Shown one piece after another: positions 22,518 through 35,946 of a stretch of DNA of 60,859 nt. The DNA is taken from contig NC_057750.1 of NCBI RefSeq assembly GCF_004010195.1, forward strand, positions 1 to 60,859, given 5' to 3'. Made by a program: the position numbers and the translations under genes. The first letter of the stretch is position 1. Every line of letters begins with the position of its first letter. The notes beneath the pieces were generated by a model that saw nothing but the letters and a program-made list of their open reading frames with translations, did not search any database and was not told the origin of the DNA. This DNA comes from Chiloscyllium plagiosum (lineage: Eukaryota).

Positions 22518-22749
22518 AATGCAGTGCACCCTCAATACTGATCATCTAACAGTCCAGCACTCCCTCAGTACTGACCCTCTGACAGTGTGGTGCTTCCCCC
22601 AGCATCAAACCTCTGACAATGCAGCACTTCCTCAGTACTGACGCTCCGACAGTGTGGTGTATTCTCAGTACTGACCCTCCAATAATGTGGCACTCTCTCA
22701 GCATGGACCCTCTGACAGTGCGGCACTCCATCAGTATGGACCCTCTGAT
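22518..22749. repeat. 33-bp tandem array (agtgcggcactccctcagtactgaccctctgac) x7, derived from a Deu-SINE segment
   Basis: Seven units with 33-bp period; a remnant at ~15945-15990. Confidence 0.85.
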
Positions 22750-22899
22750 AATACAATGTGGAGAGCTGCAGCAATCTTTATATATGGCCTTCTTTGAGTT
22801 CACGTTGACCTTTGACTCTAAACCAGCAAAGATAATGCTAAGTCCTCCTCAACCTTTTTTTTATCAGCAAGTGATGCACATCCCTGCCCATTCTGTAGT

Positions 22900-23925
22900 G
22901 AAACTGTAATCCGTTAGAAAGCTTCATGGAGATAGGATGGGGTGTTGCAGTGAGGAAGGTACAGAGAACGTTGGTGTAATTTGACTCACTTATCTGTAGT
23001 TTGCACTTGTATTGGTCTGTGGTGGATATTTGATAAGGATCGGGGGCTGCATCCCCTTTTGCAGTAGGCAGGAGTTGGTGATCACTTTCTGCAGACAGCC
23101 AGATTTGAGAATGATGCTCCATAATCTCTCCTGGCTGACATTGTGCAAGACCTTTGGGAGGTCAGAGAGTGTCATGTACAGAGGCTGCTGCACTTTTCTT
23201 GCAGGCATCTTGCTATGAGGACTATGACACTGTGCACTTTGCTGGACAGAAATTCACACTGTGACTCCAGGAGGAGTACATCAGCCACTAGGAGGAGGTG
23301 ATTGAGGAGGACTCTTGCAATGACGTTCCCTGTGGCAGAGAGCAGGGAAACCCCCTGCAGTTATCACAATTACTGTGTCTCACAAATTTCCTGGAGTGTT
23401 CTCCTCCTTGGTGAGGGAGGTGGGTTGTGTATTTGAGCCACGGGTTATCCTTCATTGTGTTTTGGTGGCAATTCTGTCTGTCTGCTGCAGTGACCTTGTT
23501 TCCCAGCTGTCGATCCCTTTCCAACCTTATGTCAGACTGGAGCTGTGTTGAGATTGTGCCAAGACGCTGTGGAAGATGGTTGAAGGACTGAGACTCTGCT
23601 GAGGAGATCCATTGAAGCATTTCCTCCAATGAGTGCTGACTGACTGTCCTTGATGAACATCACTCCATTCTCAGCTGTCAATGGCATAGGATCCTTGCGC
23701 AATGAAGGATTCACACACAACATGGCACTCACTGTGTTGCTGGATTACCTGAGCTCTTTCTGCCCACCATCTGTTCGTTTGGTTTTATTGGGACCTTGAT
23801 TTCCATTTGGCTGTGGACCTGATTTTCTTTTCCTTGAATTTTGGAATTTCCAATTCAGAAACGCCTTGTAGTCTATCAGCTCCTGGATTTCCTGATCATT
23901 CTCCTCAAAGTGGTCCTGATCTGGA
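22900..23925 (-). mobile_element. Decayed RTE-clade LINE fragment
   Basis: Minus strand reads QDHFEENDQEIQELID...NRWWAERAQ, resembling RTE ORF; frameshifted. Confidence 0.55.
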
Positions 23926-24942
23926 ATGAACTGATCAAGAGTGCAGGTGTTTTACTGAGATATTTGAAAGGAAATTAGATATTAATCTGTAAAAGACAAA
24001 TGTACAGCATTACAGGGAGAAACTGGGAAATGGAGAAGGGGGTGTTGGGGGTGTGTGGGTGGCACTAGGGGAGCTATCATAGACAAAACAGACCGAATGG
24101 CATTTTTCAGTGCTGTAAATATTTTATGATTCTGATTCCTTGGGGGCTGGGGAATAATCTGACAAAGTGAAACCTAAGTCAGCAGTTTAACAGTAATGGA
24201 TGCCAACTAGATGGCCCTCAATCTTCTCTGATGCAGCTTGAGTCCTGAAGGTTTTTTGTCTCTCCCTCACACCTGTCTGTGTTGCATACAGGAGATGTAT
24301 GTTTTTAAAATGTCAAAACAATCTGTGCATTCAAAAGCTCCTGATTTTAATTTTATTATTTTTTGCCTTTCTAATCAGTGTAAGAGCCCACAGAGACCAG
24401 CCTGAGTCTTTCTGGTGAATTCACATTGATTATAATTTATAATCTACCACATCTCATTAAATCTTATTGACTTTCTCTCAGGCTTGATTCAGCCACTAAC
24501 AAAGTTATCAAACTGCAAGTTAAAAAAAATTGTTTTAATTAACAACATAAATGTTAACCTTTTGTGATTGTGGTATTTGTATTCTGACAGTCATTCTGCC
24601 CTGATCAGTAACTTCATCCATCTGTTCCTTCCAGAGATAAACTTGTCCCTTGAACTCACCTCAGCAGTATTATCCTTCAGTAACTTTCACAACTTCCCTC
24701 TACCTGACATTCCCATGTCCTGTTGTTTAAGAATCTGAGGACCCTGGAGCAGCCTTATGATGATGTCATGGGGCTACTCTTCACAGTGCAAATTAGCACA
24801 GCCTGGGTGGGATTTACAAGAAAGAAGGGAGAAACACAGAAGAGGCTGAAATCTAGCCACATGAATGTGAGGAGCGAGAAGCACATGGAGCAGACCAAGT
24901 AACATTATTCAGTAGAGTTTATGAAATAGTCTTTTAATAATG

Positions 24943-25784
24943 AGTGTTGAGAAGGTTTGTAGCTCAGATTGAGGTTCTGGATGTAGGTTTGCTCACTGAG
25001 CTGGAAGGTTTGTTTTAAGATGTTTCATCACCATACAAGGTAACATCATTAGTGAGCTTCCAAGTCAATGTGTTTGTTGATAGAGTTCTGACTGGAATGC
25101 TATGCTTCTAGGAATTCTCATGCATGTCTCTGTTTGGCTTGCCCTAGGATGGATGTGTTGTCCCAGTCAAAGTGGTGTCCTTCCTCATCTGTATGTAAAG
25201 GTACTATTGAGAGTGAGTCACATCAAAGACACCTTGGATATGACTGCCAGCCTACTCAGGCCTCTTGGCATCATGGTAGCCCACAAACCCATTGACACCA
25301 ACACACTAAAACAGCAGCTAATGAACTGGAAAGACCCTATACAGACAACAAGCAAAACTAATGTCATTTACAAAATACCTTGCAAGGACTGTGACAAACA
25401 CTACATTGGACAAACAGGTGGAAAACTAGCCACCAGGATACATGAACATCAACTAGCCACAAAACGACATGACCCACTCTCACTTTTGTCCTGACATATG
25501 GATGAGGAATGACATCACTTCGACTGGGACAACTCATCCATTCTAGGACAAGCCAAACCAAGACAAGCACGAGAATTCCTAGAAGCATGGCATTCCAACC
25601 GGAACTCTATTGACTTGGATCCCATTTATCACCAGCTGAGAAAAAGAACAGGAAATGACATCACCACAGGAAATGGTGTCACCAACCCAAGGAAACCTAA
25701 AGTGCTTCACCGGAGGCTCACTTACTAGTATGGTGACGAAATGTCAGAAAATGAACCTTGCAGCTCAGTGAGCAAACCTACATC
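24943..25784 (+). mobile_element. Truncated Penelope-like element (GIY-YIG, family B2) with inverted arm
   Basis: NVIYKIPCKDCDKHYIGQTGGKLATRIHEH; TSD tagtctttYaataatg 24927-24942 / 25785-25800. Confidence 0.87.
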
Positions 25785-26473
25785 TAGTCTTTCAATAATG
25801 TAACAGTGAGATTAGAGCCTGGTATATCTCTGCCGTGTTTTAGTGTAATTAGTCTTAATATGTAAGGCCTAAGTCTAAACATCGTTCTTCAAGCTTGCCT
25901 TCTCCTTGATCAATTTATGTTTTGTTTTTAAGAGTCTTACTGAATTCAGAATGTTAACTTTGTTTCTGATGCTGCCAGACCTGCTGAGTTATAGATTCAT
26001 CGAGGCATAGAGGTATATGGAAACAGGTCCTTTGGCCCAACTTGTCCATGCCAACCAGCTTCCCTAAACTGAACAAGTCCTATTTGCCAGTCTTTGACCC
26101 ATATCCCTCTAAATCTTTCCGATCCAAATACCCATCCAAATGCCTTTTACATGTTGTAACTGTATCTGCCTCTACCACTCCTCTAGCAGCTCATCCCATA
26201 CATGAAAACATTACCCCTCAGGTCCCTTTTAAATCTTTCCCCTTTCATCTTAAACTTATGCCCTCTAGTTTTGGACTTCCTTGCCCTGAGAAAAGACCTT
26301 GGCTATTTACCTATTTACCTATGCCCCACATGATTTTTATAAATTTCAGCCTCTTACGCTCCAGGGAAAACAATCCCATCCTATCCAGCCTCTCCTTATA
26401 ACTCAAACCCTTCAGTCTTATAAACATTATTATAAATTTTTCTGCATCTTTCCAGTTAATAACATCCTTTCTA

Positions 26474-26780
26474 GTGAGTTTTGAGAAGATTTGTAACTCA
26501 GATTGAGATTCTGGATGTAGGTTTGCTCGCTGAGCTGGAAGGTTCATTTTCAGACGTTTTGTCACCATACTAGGTAACACCTTCAGTGGGCCTCCGGGCG
26601 AAGCACTGCTGATGATTTCTGCTTTCTATTTAAAGCAGATACCAAAAAACCCAAACATATAAATAGAAAGCAGGGATCATCATCAGTGCTTTTCCCAGAG
26701 GCCCACTGAAGATGTTACCTAGTAGGGTGATGAAACGTCTGGAAAGAACCTTCCAGCTCAGAGAGCGAACCTACATCCAC
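26474..26780. mobile_element. Non-autonomous inverted pLTR pair (family B2) inserted in CR1
   Basis: Inverted arms; TSD-like aacatcctttcta / aacatcgttccta (26461-26473 / 26781-26793). Confidence 0.75.
26703..26742 (+). ncRNA. Minimal hammerhead ribozyme (family B2)
   Basis: cca-CTGAAGA-t-gttacc-tagtag-ggtgat-GAAACGTC-tgg; stem I cca/tgg. Confidence 0.68.
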
Positions 26781-28299
26781 AACATCGTTCCTATAGCAGG
26801 GCAACCATATTTGTATGCAGTACTTCAGTTTTCTATTTTTACTTCAGATTTCTAGCATTTTGCTTAAATTATCCTGGACGGGTCTATCTGAAATCCAGAC
26901 TCACGGATGTAGCCATTAATGTACACACAGCAAAAGATGTTCCTCCTCTCGCTGCTCTTTTTAAGGTGCTGTATTGTGTTGAGTTACTATGGTCTGCCAG
27001 ATAGCCTCTTGCCTTTTAATTTCAATAAAATAACAGATTAAATGACTGGGGAAAGGATAAAAGGATTCCCTTCACTCTGCAGGTCTCAGGCTTGGAGACG
27101 GCAGCCTTTGAAGGAGCTAACTGTGAGGTGTACATTCAGAAAGAGAAGATTTGGACCTTATACAGAGCTCAGAACACTGAAACAAACCCCATGGGACCAT
27201 GTTAGTGTTTATCCTTCACTTGAGCTGTATACTTATCACACTTACCTTTGCTGTTCCTGTATCCCTTTTTCTCTTTCAATTCTAACCTGTTAACAGTGAC
27301 TTTGTTTCTGCTTCAAATGCTGTATTACAGACCTCCGTGTAAAATAATTGCATTCTTTCAAACCTCCCAAATCTTCAGGGGAGAGCGGGATAAATCAGTC
27401 AGGGTTCCACTTTGCTATGGTAACCTCTCTGCTCTTGCTTATACAAATAAAACCTGCTTAACTGAGGAAATAGGGGAAAGCAGCACCTTCACCAGGCCAG
27501 GGAAGGAAGATGCAAAGAGAAAGATATTTCTGGCGCGACATTATTTCTGTAACAGTGTGTGTGGCTGGGGGCTCTCTGTTGCTGATGAAGGCAGGGAACC
27601 TGAGAATAACACACTCAGTCTGTGGAACCCAGAGGGCCTTGGCTCCTGCAAACCTAGAGAATCACAGCCATGAAGATGATGATTTTTTTATTGATGGACA
27701 AGGTGAGCAGTGCAGCTCATGCAATCTACAAATCAAATTTGGCATTCCTCTCGGGCAGGTCCTGAATGATTCATGTCCTCTCCTGCAGTTGCTCACAGCA
27801 GTCCCATCCTTAACTCCTGCTAAACTGGGTCAGCGAATAAAAGAATTGTTTAAATATAGACAAGGTTGTGGCAGGGGACAAGGGAGAAGCTCAGGAAATG
27901 GCAGGTGGAGTGAGGAGAAAATGGGGGAAATCAGCATTGACTCCGAGTGGGATCTGAGAAGACATTTGAAGGTGAGAACTGAAGCAGGGAAGTGAGATAT
28001 TTGGGGGAGAGACCCCAACATGTGTGAAGGCTGAAATTTGTGTGTGGAGCACACAGTAATCCATTGTAAGAGGATCAGAGGATGATATAAAATATGGGCA
28101 GGTTGGAGTGTGAGGGGCAATTGTGGATATGTAGCTGCAATCCGATTGTTGTACATCCCTTATCACCAACCAACCTTGTTCCAAGCACAAACCTTCCCAT
28201 ATTTGATCATGCTCAGGAGTAGAAGAATCTTTCAGAGGCAGGAGAACACTGAACCAACTCGTGGGGACAGCACTGTGCCCTTGCTCAGAAATCCTCTTT

Positions 28300-29022
28300 T
28301 TGTTGTGGTTCTGTTCGCCGAGCTGGAAGTTTTTGTTGCAAACGTTTCGTCCCCTGGCTAGGCGACATCATCAGTGCTTGGGAGCCTCCTGCGAAGCGCT
28401 TCTTTGATGTTTCCTCGGTGTTTATAGTGGTCTGTCCCTGCTGCTTCCGGTTGTCAGTTTCAGCTGTCTGCTGTGTGGTTGGTATATTGGGTCCAGGTCT
28501 ATGTGTTTGTTGATGGAGTTTGTGGATGAATGCCATGCCTCTAGGGATTCCCTGGCTGTTCTCTGTCTGGCTTGCCCTATGATAGTAGTGTTGTCCCAGT
28601 TGAATTCATGTTGCTTGTTGTCTGCGTGTTTGGCTACTAAGGATAGCTGTTCGTGTTGTTTCGTGGCTAGTTGATGTTCATGTATGCGGGTTGTTAGCTG
28701 TCTTCCTGTTTGTCCTATATAGTGTTTTGTGCAGTCCTTGCATGGTATTTTGTACACTACATTAGTTTTGCTCATGTTGGGTATCGGGTCCTTCGTTCTG
28801 GTGAGTTGTTGTCTGAGCGTGGCTGTTGGTTTGTGTGCCGTTATGAGTCCTCAGGGTTGCAGTAGTCTGGCTGTCAGTTCTGAGATGCTCCTGATGTATG
28901 GTAGTGTGGCTAGTCCTTTTGGTTGTGGTATGTCTTCATTCCGTGGTCTTACATACATACATCAGGAGCATCTCAGAACTGACAGCCAGACTACTGCCAT
29001 CCCTAGGACTCATAACGGCAGT
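28300..29022 (-). mobile_element. Truncated Penelope-like element (GIY-YIG) with a 5' inversion
   Basis: ORF 28422..28775 NVVYKIPCKDCTKHYIGQTGR; ~28955-29020 is the reverse complement of ~28837-28900. Confidence 0.88.
28338..28377 (-). ncRNA. Minimal hammerhead ribozyme in Penelope pLTR (family B)
   Basis: Identical to the 58118-58157 motif. Confidence 0.72.
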
Positions 29023-30064
29023 GCCATTGGCTCCAGTGCTGATTAATGGAGCCAGGTTTATGTGAGGATATCCATTGAACATTGTCACCTGCATCAGGCA
29101 GAAGTCTACACATTCCAGTGGAAAGAATAACAGCAGCAAGCATGGTCTTTCACAGTCAGTCATGGTCTGAAGCACCTGTTTAGTTTACAGAATCAAGGAT
29201 CAGTTAACCTTAGTGCAAGAAGTTAGTTTGAATCGTCCTGCAGTACTTTTATACATCACCTGGTCATTTTAACATGCAGGATAGCATTGGAAGGCTCATT
29301 TCTCTTCTTTCACACTCCAGTTGATTTGCAGTGTTGAGCAGAAAGGATGGGATTGAAAAGGTCAGTCAGCATAATAGACATTTCCCTGTCTCTGTTACTG
29401 TGTGCTAGCAAATAAAACAGAGAGAAATGACAGCACGTAGTGCCCAGAGATCTTCATACTACTGATCCAGGCAAAAGAACAGAATTGAAATGTGGTGGTT
29501 GAACATGAATTAGACAAGAGCTGATCAAACCCACGATCAGCTGAAAATATCAAGCTCACCCCTCAAAACCACTAATAGGATTGATGACTACTAACCTTTT
29601 TTAATTCATTCATGGGAGGTAGGCATCACTGCTAATACCAGTATTTATTGCCTGTCCTTAGTTGCCCTTAAGAAGATGGTGGTGAGCTGTCTTCTCAAAG
29701 CTGTCTTCTCATGTTGCAGTCCATGTGCTGTAGGTAAACCCACAATGCCCTTAGGGAGGGAATATTGCAACGTTTTGACCCAGTGACTGAAGGAACAGTG
29801 ATATATTTCCAAGTTAGGATGGTGAGTGGCCTGGAGGTGCAGTGTATTTCCTGCATGTATACCACTTGAGGGAATCTCGAAACAAGTAAAGAAGAAGCTT
29901 TAATGTTTGAATAACACATGCAGTTCTGCTTCTGAAAGCTTGGTGCTGAATACTGTATCTTACTGTTTCTTCTCAAGGAATTTCTAATGAGAACCTTGCA
30001 GCTACTAACACTCCGAAGCATCTGCTGCCTTTGTCCTTCTTGGTGGCAGAAGTTGTGGATTTGT

Positions 30065-32560
30065 AAACATGTTTGGATAAACTACGAGGGAAAACTAATG
30101 AGGAATATTAAAACTGACAATAGAAGTTCCTTCCGGGGTTCATAAAAAAGGAAGAGAGACGTCAAAGTGAACATTAGCACCTTAGAAAATAAATTTTGGA
30201 GGGTTCGGGTGGGACTGTTATTGGGAACAATGAAATTGCAGAGGAGTTAAACAGATATTTCTCATCAGCCTTTATAGAGTTATAGGAGAAAGTGAGGTCT
30301 GCAGATGCTGGAGATCAGAGATGGAAATGTGTTGCTGGAAAAGCGCAGCAGGTCAGGCAGCATCTAGGGAACAGGAGAATCGAAGTTTCGGGCATTAGCC
30401 CTTCTTCAGTTATAGTCATAGAGTCATAGAGATGTGCAGCACAGAAACAGACCCTTCAGTCCAACTTGTCCATGCCAACCAGATATCCCAACACAATCTA
30501 TTCCCACCTGCCAGCACCTGACTCATATCCCTCTAAACCCTTCCCACTCATATACCCAACCAGATGCCTTTTCAATGTTGCAATTGTACTAGCCTCCACC
30601 ACTTCCTCAGGTAACTCATTCCATACACATACCACCCTGTGTTTGAAAAAGTTGCCCCTTAGGTCTCTTTTATATCTTTCCCTTTTCACCCTAAACCTAT
30701 GCCGTCTAGTTCTATGTTGGAAGATATTTTGAAAATCACATAATACTACAAATTATGGGGAAAAATTAAGTACCATCACTATCACTAAAGGAGTGCTATT
30801 AGACAAGCTAATGGCACTAAAGCAGATCAGTCCCCTGACCCTGATGGCTTGTATCCGAGGATCCTAAAACAGGTAGCTACAAAGATAGTGGATGGATTGC
30901 TTGTAATTTTTCAAAAATCAGTGGATTCTGGAGAAGTACCAGAGGGTTGGAAACCTGCTAATATGTGACACTTCTATTCAAAAAGACAGGGAGAGAAGGA
31001 AAAAGTGGATACGTATGCATCATTAGACTAACATCAATTGTTGGAAAAGTATTATAATCAAATATAAAGGAAGTAATGGCAGCATATTTGGAAAGTCATA
31101 ATCTAATCATGCAACGTTATCATGGCTTCATGAAAGGGAAATTGCGTCTGACTAATTTATTAGAGTTTTTCAAGGAAGTCTCAATCAGAGTGAATAGAGG
31201 GGAACCAATAGCTGTGTTGTATTTGGACTTCCAGGAGGCATTCGACAAGGTACCTCACAGAAGGTTGTTAAAAGAGAAGAGCACACGATGTTAGAGGCTG
31301 TTTATTGGCATGGATAGAGATTTGCCTCATTGGCAAGAAACAACAAGTGGGGGTAGGGGATCTTTTTCAAGGTCAGTGACCTGGGGCCAGTGGGGTTCCA
31401 CAGGGAACAATGCTGGTTGCACAACTACTTAAAATATATATTACTGACTTGGAGAAAGAAAGCAAATGTACTGTAGCCAACTTTCTAGACAACACAAAAA
31501 TAGGTGGAAATGCAGGTTATGAGAAGGTTACAAAGAGTTTACAGAGAGATATCGAGAGCTTAAATAATTGGATAAAAAGGTGGCAAGTGGGGTTCGATGT
31601 GGGAAAATATGAAGTACTTCATTTTGGAAGGGAAATCAAAAGAACACCATTATTTAAATGGAGAAAAACTGCAGAAAGCTGCAACGTAAAGGGATTTGGG
31701 GACCTTGTACACAAGACACCGAAAGCTAGTTCAGAGGGGCAGCGGAGAATGAGGAAGGCTGATGGAATGTTGACCCTTATTTTATAAGAGAAGTCTTACT
31801 GAAACTGGACAAGGTGCTGCTAAACTACATCTGGAATACTGTGAATAGTTTTGGTCCCTTTATTTAAGCAAAGATCTCATTTCATTGGACGCAGATGAGA
31901 GAAGGTTCACTAGGATGATCCCTGGTGTGGAAGGATTGTCTTATGAGTAAAGACTAAACAGGTTGGGACAGCATTCCCTGGAGTTTAGAAGAATGAGAGG
32001 TGATCTCACTGAAACCAATCAGATTCTTAGTGGGAATACTGTGAATAGTTTTGGTCCCTTTATTTAAGCAAAGATCTCATTTCATTGGACGCAGATGAGA
32101 GAAGGTTCACTAGGATGATCCCTGGTGTGGAAGGATTGTCTTATGAGCAAAGACTAAACAGGTTGGGACAGCATTCCCTGGAGTTTAGAAGAATGAGAGG
32201 TGATCTCACTGAAGCCTATCAGATTCTTAGTGGTTTGACAGGGTCAATGCTGAGAGGATGCTCCCCCTCATGGAATTGTCTAGGACCAGAGGGCACGGTC
32301 TCAGAATAAAGGGGCACCAATTCAAGACTGAGATGAGGAGGAATTTCTTCTTTCAGAGGGTTGAGGGCCTCTTGAACTCAGTGCTGCAGGGAAATATGGG
32401 GGTTGAGTCTTCTTGTATATTTACGTCTGAGAGAGAATGATTCTTGATCAGTTGGGGAATAAAGGGTTACAAGGGAAATGGCAGGAAAGTAGATGTGAGG
32501 AATATCAGATCAGCCATGATCCTATTGAATAGCAGGGCAGGCTCGAGGATTCAAACTGTT
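30065..32560 (+). mobile_element. Decayed CR1 ORF2 region, with a minus-strand CR1 3' end nested at ~30416-30716
   Basis: HGFMKGKLRLTNLLEFF..YLDFQEAFDKVPH; RRFTRMIPG. Confidence 0.82.
30286..30407 (-). mobile_element. Family A element
   Basis: 8-bp TSD agttatag (30278-30285 / 30408-30415). Confidence 0.72.
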
Positions 32561-34034
32561 CTTATGGAAAGGAGCTGTTGAAAGAGTCCAGGTGAGATTC
32601 CTTGGATGTGAAAGAGGCGGAAGCTGCTGGCTCTCCATGGGAATTATACAGGGTTCCTGTGACCCAAGCCAAGCAGGACTTGTCCAAACCCCAATTTCCC
32701 CCATCTCATTCTGGCCTGTCAGGGCAGCTTTCAGTCCCTGCTTTCAATAATGTTCACTGCTTTTTCTTCTCCCCCATATTCTCCATCTCCTCCACCCACT
32801 CCTCCTGCAATCTCCTCCTGCACCCTCCCCAATTCCTTTGCTCCCTTCCCTTCCCCTGCCCCTATGCACACTCCTTCTGAAATATAATTGCCCGAGTTAG
32901 CAGCATGGTAAGAGCCCATTGCTGGGGTGGTGTGAATGGGAGCGTAGGACAGAATCAGTCTTACAGAGCTCCTTCTAACTGGTGACTGAGTAAGATTAAT
33001 GGAGACTCACAATAAATAAATCACACACAATACCTTGCAAGGTAGGAATTAAATTATATTTTTAAATAGATTTATTTGAAGTTTTTTTGAATGACTGGGT
33101 GATGATGATACCTTTATGCCAGGATTAGAGATGAAAGATTAAAGATTAATTGAGCAAATGACAGTGTTGAGTGGAATAATAAATTCATGCTTCATAGAAA
33201 AATCATCAAGTCTGAAAAAACATGAAGAAGGCAGAAGCAAGCTTCAAGAAATAGAGTAAATTGTGAACAAAGGTTGTCCACAAGGAATGGAAACCAGATT
33301 TAGCCATCCCATTTGGTAGCCTATTATAAAAAGTAATCTTCACACAGACAGAGCTGATTCGAAGGAATTTGAGATAACTGAAAAATACTTCAATTACCCT
33401 GTTCACACAACTGTGTGACGTCATGCTATAACCTGACCCTCTCAAATACACCATGGAATACCCAAGGTCCCTCCGCTCTGGTGACTCTACCTACAATGAC
33501 CCTCAGCACAGTCATCTCATGCTCCAGATGTCCCATGGTCTCATTTGTTGGCGCCATTACATTTGAGAGTTCTACTTAAACTGTGATTCTACGCAGTATT
33601 TCAGAGAACACTATTGGGAAGCAGAATTAACCCCAGTGAGTGCACTAGCCTGAAAACAGATTGATCATTCTACAGACATGTGCTTGGCTTCCCCTTGACA
33701 ACTGCCTAAAGAAGGAATTATTAAAATCAAAAGCTTGATTTGTAGGGAAATCCTTGTTGCATGTTCCAGTTTTCTGTGTTCGATTCATGTAAAAGTTGGA
33801 ACATTAAGAATTTACACTTTCTTTTCTGTTGCAACCTGATTATTCTCCATCGTCCTCCCATCACTTTCTCTCCCTGCCTATGTATGTCCTTTGTCCTTCT
33901 ATCCTAAAGTCATCTCTGCCTTCCCCACTTACTGACTGTCTTCCACAACCTACTTTCCATCTCTCTATCCTTCTATCTCTGCTTCTTCTCTTCTTGCCTC
34001 TCTCTCTCCCCCTTCTTGCCTCCCTCTCTCACCT

Positions 34035-34530
34035 TGATTGCGTAGAAGCTTTAGAGAGGGTGCAGAGGAGATTTACCAGGATGCTGCCTGGACTGGAGGG
34101 CATGTTTTATGAAGAAAGGTCAAGGGAGCTAGGGCTTTTCTCATTGGAGCGAAGATGAGAGGTGACTTGATAAAGGTGTACAAGATATTGAAAGGCATAG
34201 ATAGAGTGGATAGCCAGAGACTTTTTCCTAGGGTGGAAATGTCTATCACGAGGGGACATAATTTCAAGGTGATTGGAGGAAGGTTTAGGGGAGATGTCAG
34301 ATGGAGGTTCTTCACTCAGAGAGTGGTGAGTGTGTGGAATGTGCTGCCAGTGGTGGTAGTAGAGTCAGAGACTTTAGGGACATTTAAGCAAGTCTTGGAT
34401 AGGTATATGGAAGTCAGTACAATGAAGCATATATAGGTTAGTCTGATCTCAGAGTGGGATAGAAGGTCAGCACGACATTGAGGGCTGAAGGGCCTGTACT
34501 GTGCTGTACTGATATATGTTCTGTGTTCAT
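34035..34530 (+). mobile_element. CR1 LINE 3' fragment
   Basis: ALERVQRRFTRMLPGL; FFTQRVVSVWN. Confidence 0.85.
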
Positions 34531-35946
34531 CCTTCCCAGTACAAACCGGTTGTGGAGATATCATAGGCCCTGTGTTGTCAGAAAAGACAATTCTCTTGAA
34601 TATGATGCAGTCTCTGTCTCAGTTAGAAGCCATATCAATTCCCATTCAAAGGCAAATCAGTCATCCAATCTGCGTTTGAAGGAAACCACTTTGTGAGCAG
34701 TGAATACCACACGTTAGATTAAAAGAAGAATATGTAAATCATTACTTCAACTGGAGGGATTGTTTGGGGAGCTTGGATGGTGAGGAGAGATGCAGTAAAA
34801 AAGAAAGCATTACCTCGCCTGTATTTTTGTATGGAAATAGTGGACAGGGCACTGGGGGAGGCTGAGGGAATAGTCCCTTTGCAATACTGAAAGGGGAAGG
34901 AGAGAAGAAGGTGTGTTTGGTGGTGTTCGTGCACTGGTATTGGTGGAAGTTTTATTTGTTTTCAAAATCACCATTTTCTTTATCCCAGGCAAAGAGATTT
35001 CTGCCATTCAATTTCTCTTAGTTTCTACAGCATCCTTCGTGCTTGCCCCACCTTTCTCAAAACATGTTGTGCCTCTAACTTATTCTCAGAAATGAGACCT
35101 TCTTGCCATTTCCTGCTCCAAAGTTGCTGTGAGGAGTATTTCCAGCCTGTCCAGGTTACAAGCTAAAAGACCAGGAGGAAATCTTTAAAAAAATCAAATT
35201 AACAACTAAGTAAATAAAACAGAAATGTCAGGCCAGGTGATCTGCTCTGACTGCATGATGTGGGAGCTGGAGGATCCCATTGTGGTTCACAGTGACCACA
35301 TCCACAGTAAGTGTTGGTTGCTTGAGGAACTCTGGCTCAGAGTTGATGAGCTGGAGTCTGAGCATCAAACACTGCAACACATCAGGGAGGGGGAGACGCT
35401 GGGTTTAACTCCCTTAAATTAGGTCAATGCTCCGGGCCAGGGTGTGTGGCCATGAGTGAGGTAGTTAGTGGGGTCCAGGAGGTAGTGCTGAAGGAGCCTC
35501 AGTCCTGGAGAGTGTCTAACAACTTGGAGATTCTTGTTCCCTCTGTCAATGGGAGTGGAGGATGTAGGGAGGATGAACAAACTGGCCAGAAGCTGAGTGG
35601 TACAGGGAGCCACAAGGCTCAAGAGGGGGGAGAGAAAAGAGAAATGGGGGCAACATAGTCAGAGGAATAGACACTGTTCCTGCAGCCAGGATTGAGAGTC
35701 CTGAGGACAGCGCTGCCTACCTGGTACCTGGATTCAGGATCTCTCATCTGGGCTGCAGAGGAACTTGAAGTGGAAGGGGACAGATCTTGTTCTCATGGTC
35801 CACATACCAAAAGTATTGGGAGAAAGAGAAATGAGAATATGAGAAGCTAGGGGCTAAATTAAAAAGCAGAACCAAAATGATGATAATTGAATTATTACCT
35901 GAGCCATACACTAATTGGCACAGGGTCAACAAGATGAAAGAGGTAA

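Larger units (their letters stand above)
25995..26830 (-). mobile_element. CR1 LINE 3' fragment
   Basis: LKGLSYKERLDRMGLFSLE; typical CR1 3' UTR. Confidence 0.75.

Noticed and set aside
22518..22749. 33-bp array as a CRISPR-like locus
   Set aside because: Contiguous units with no unique spacers; eukaryotic and SINE-derived
23288..23732. Coding-looking minus-strand ORFs as a host gene
   Set aside because: Better explained as a frameshifted RTE LINE remnant
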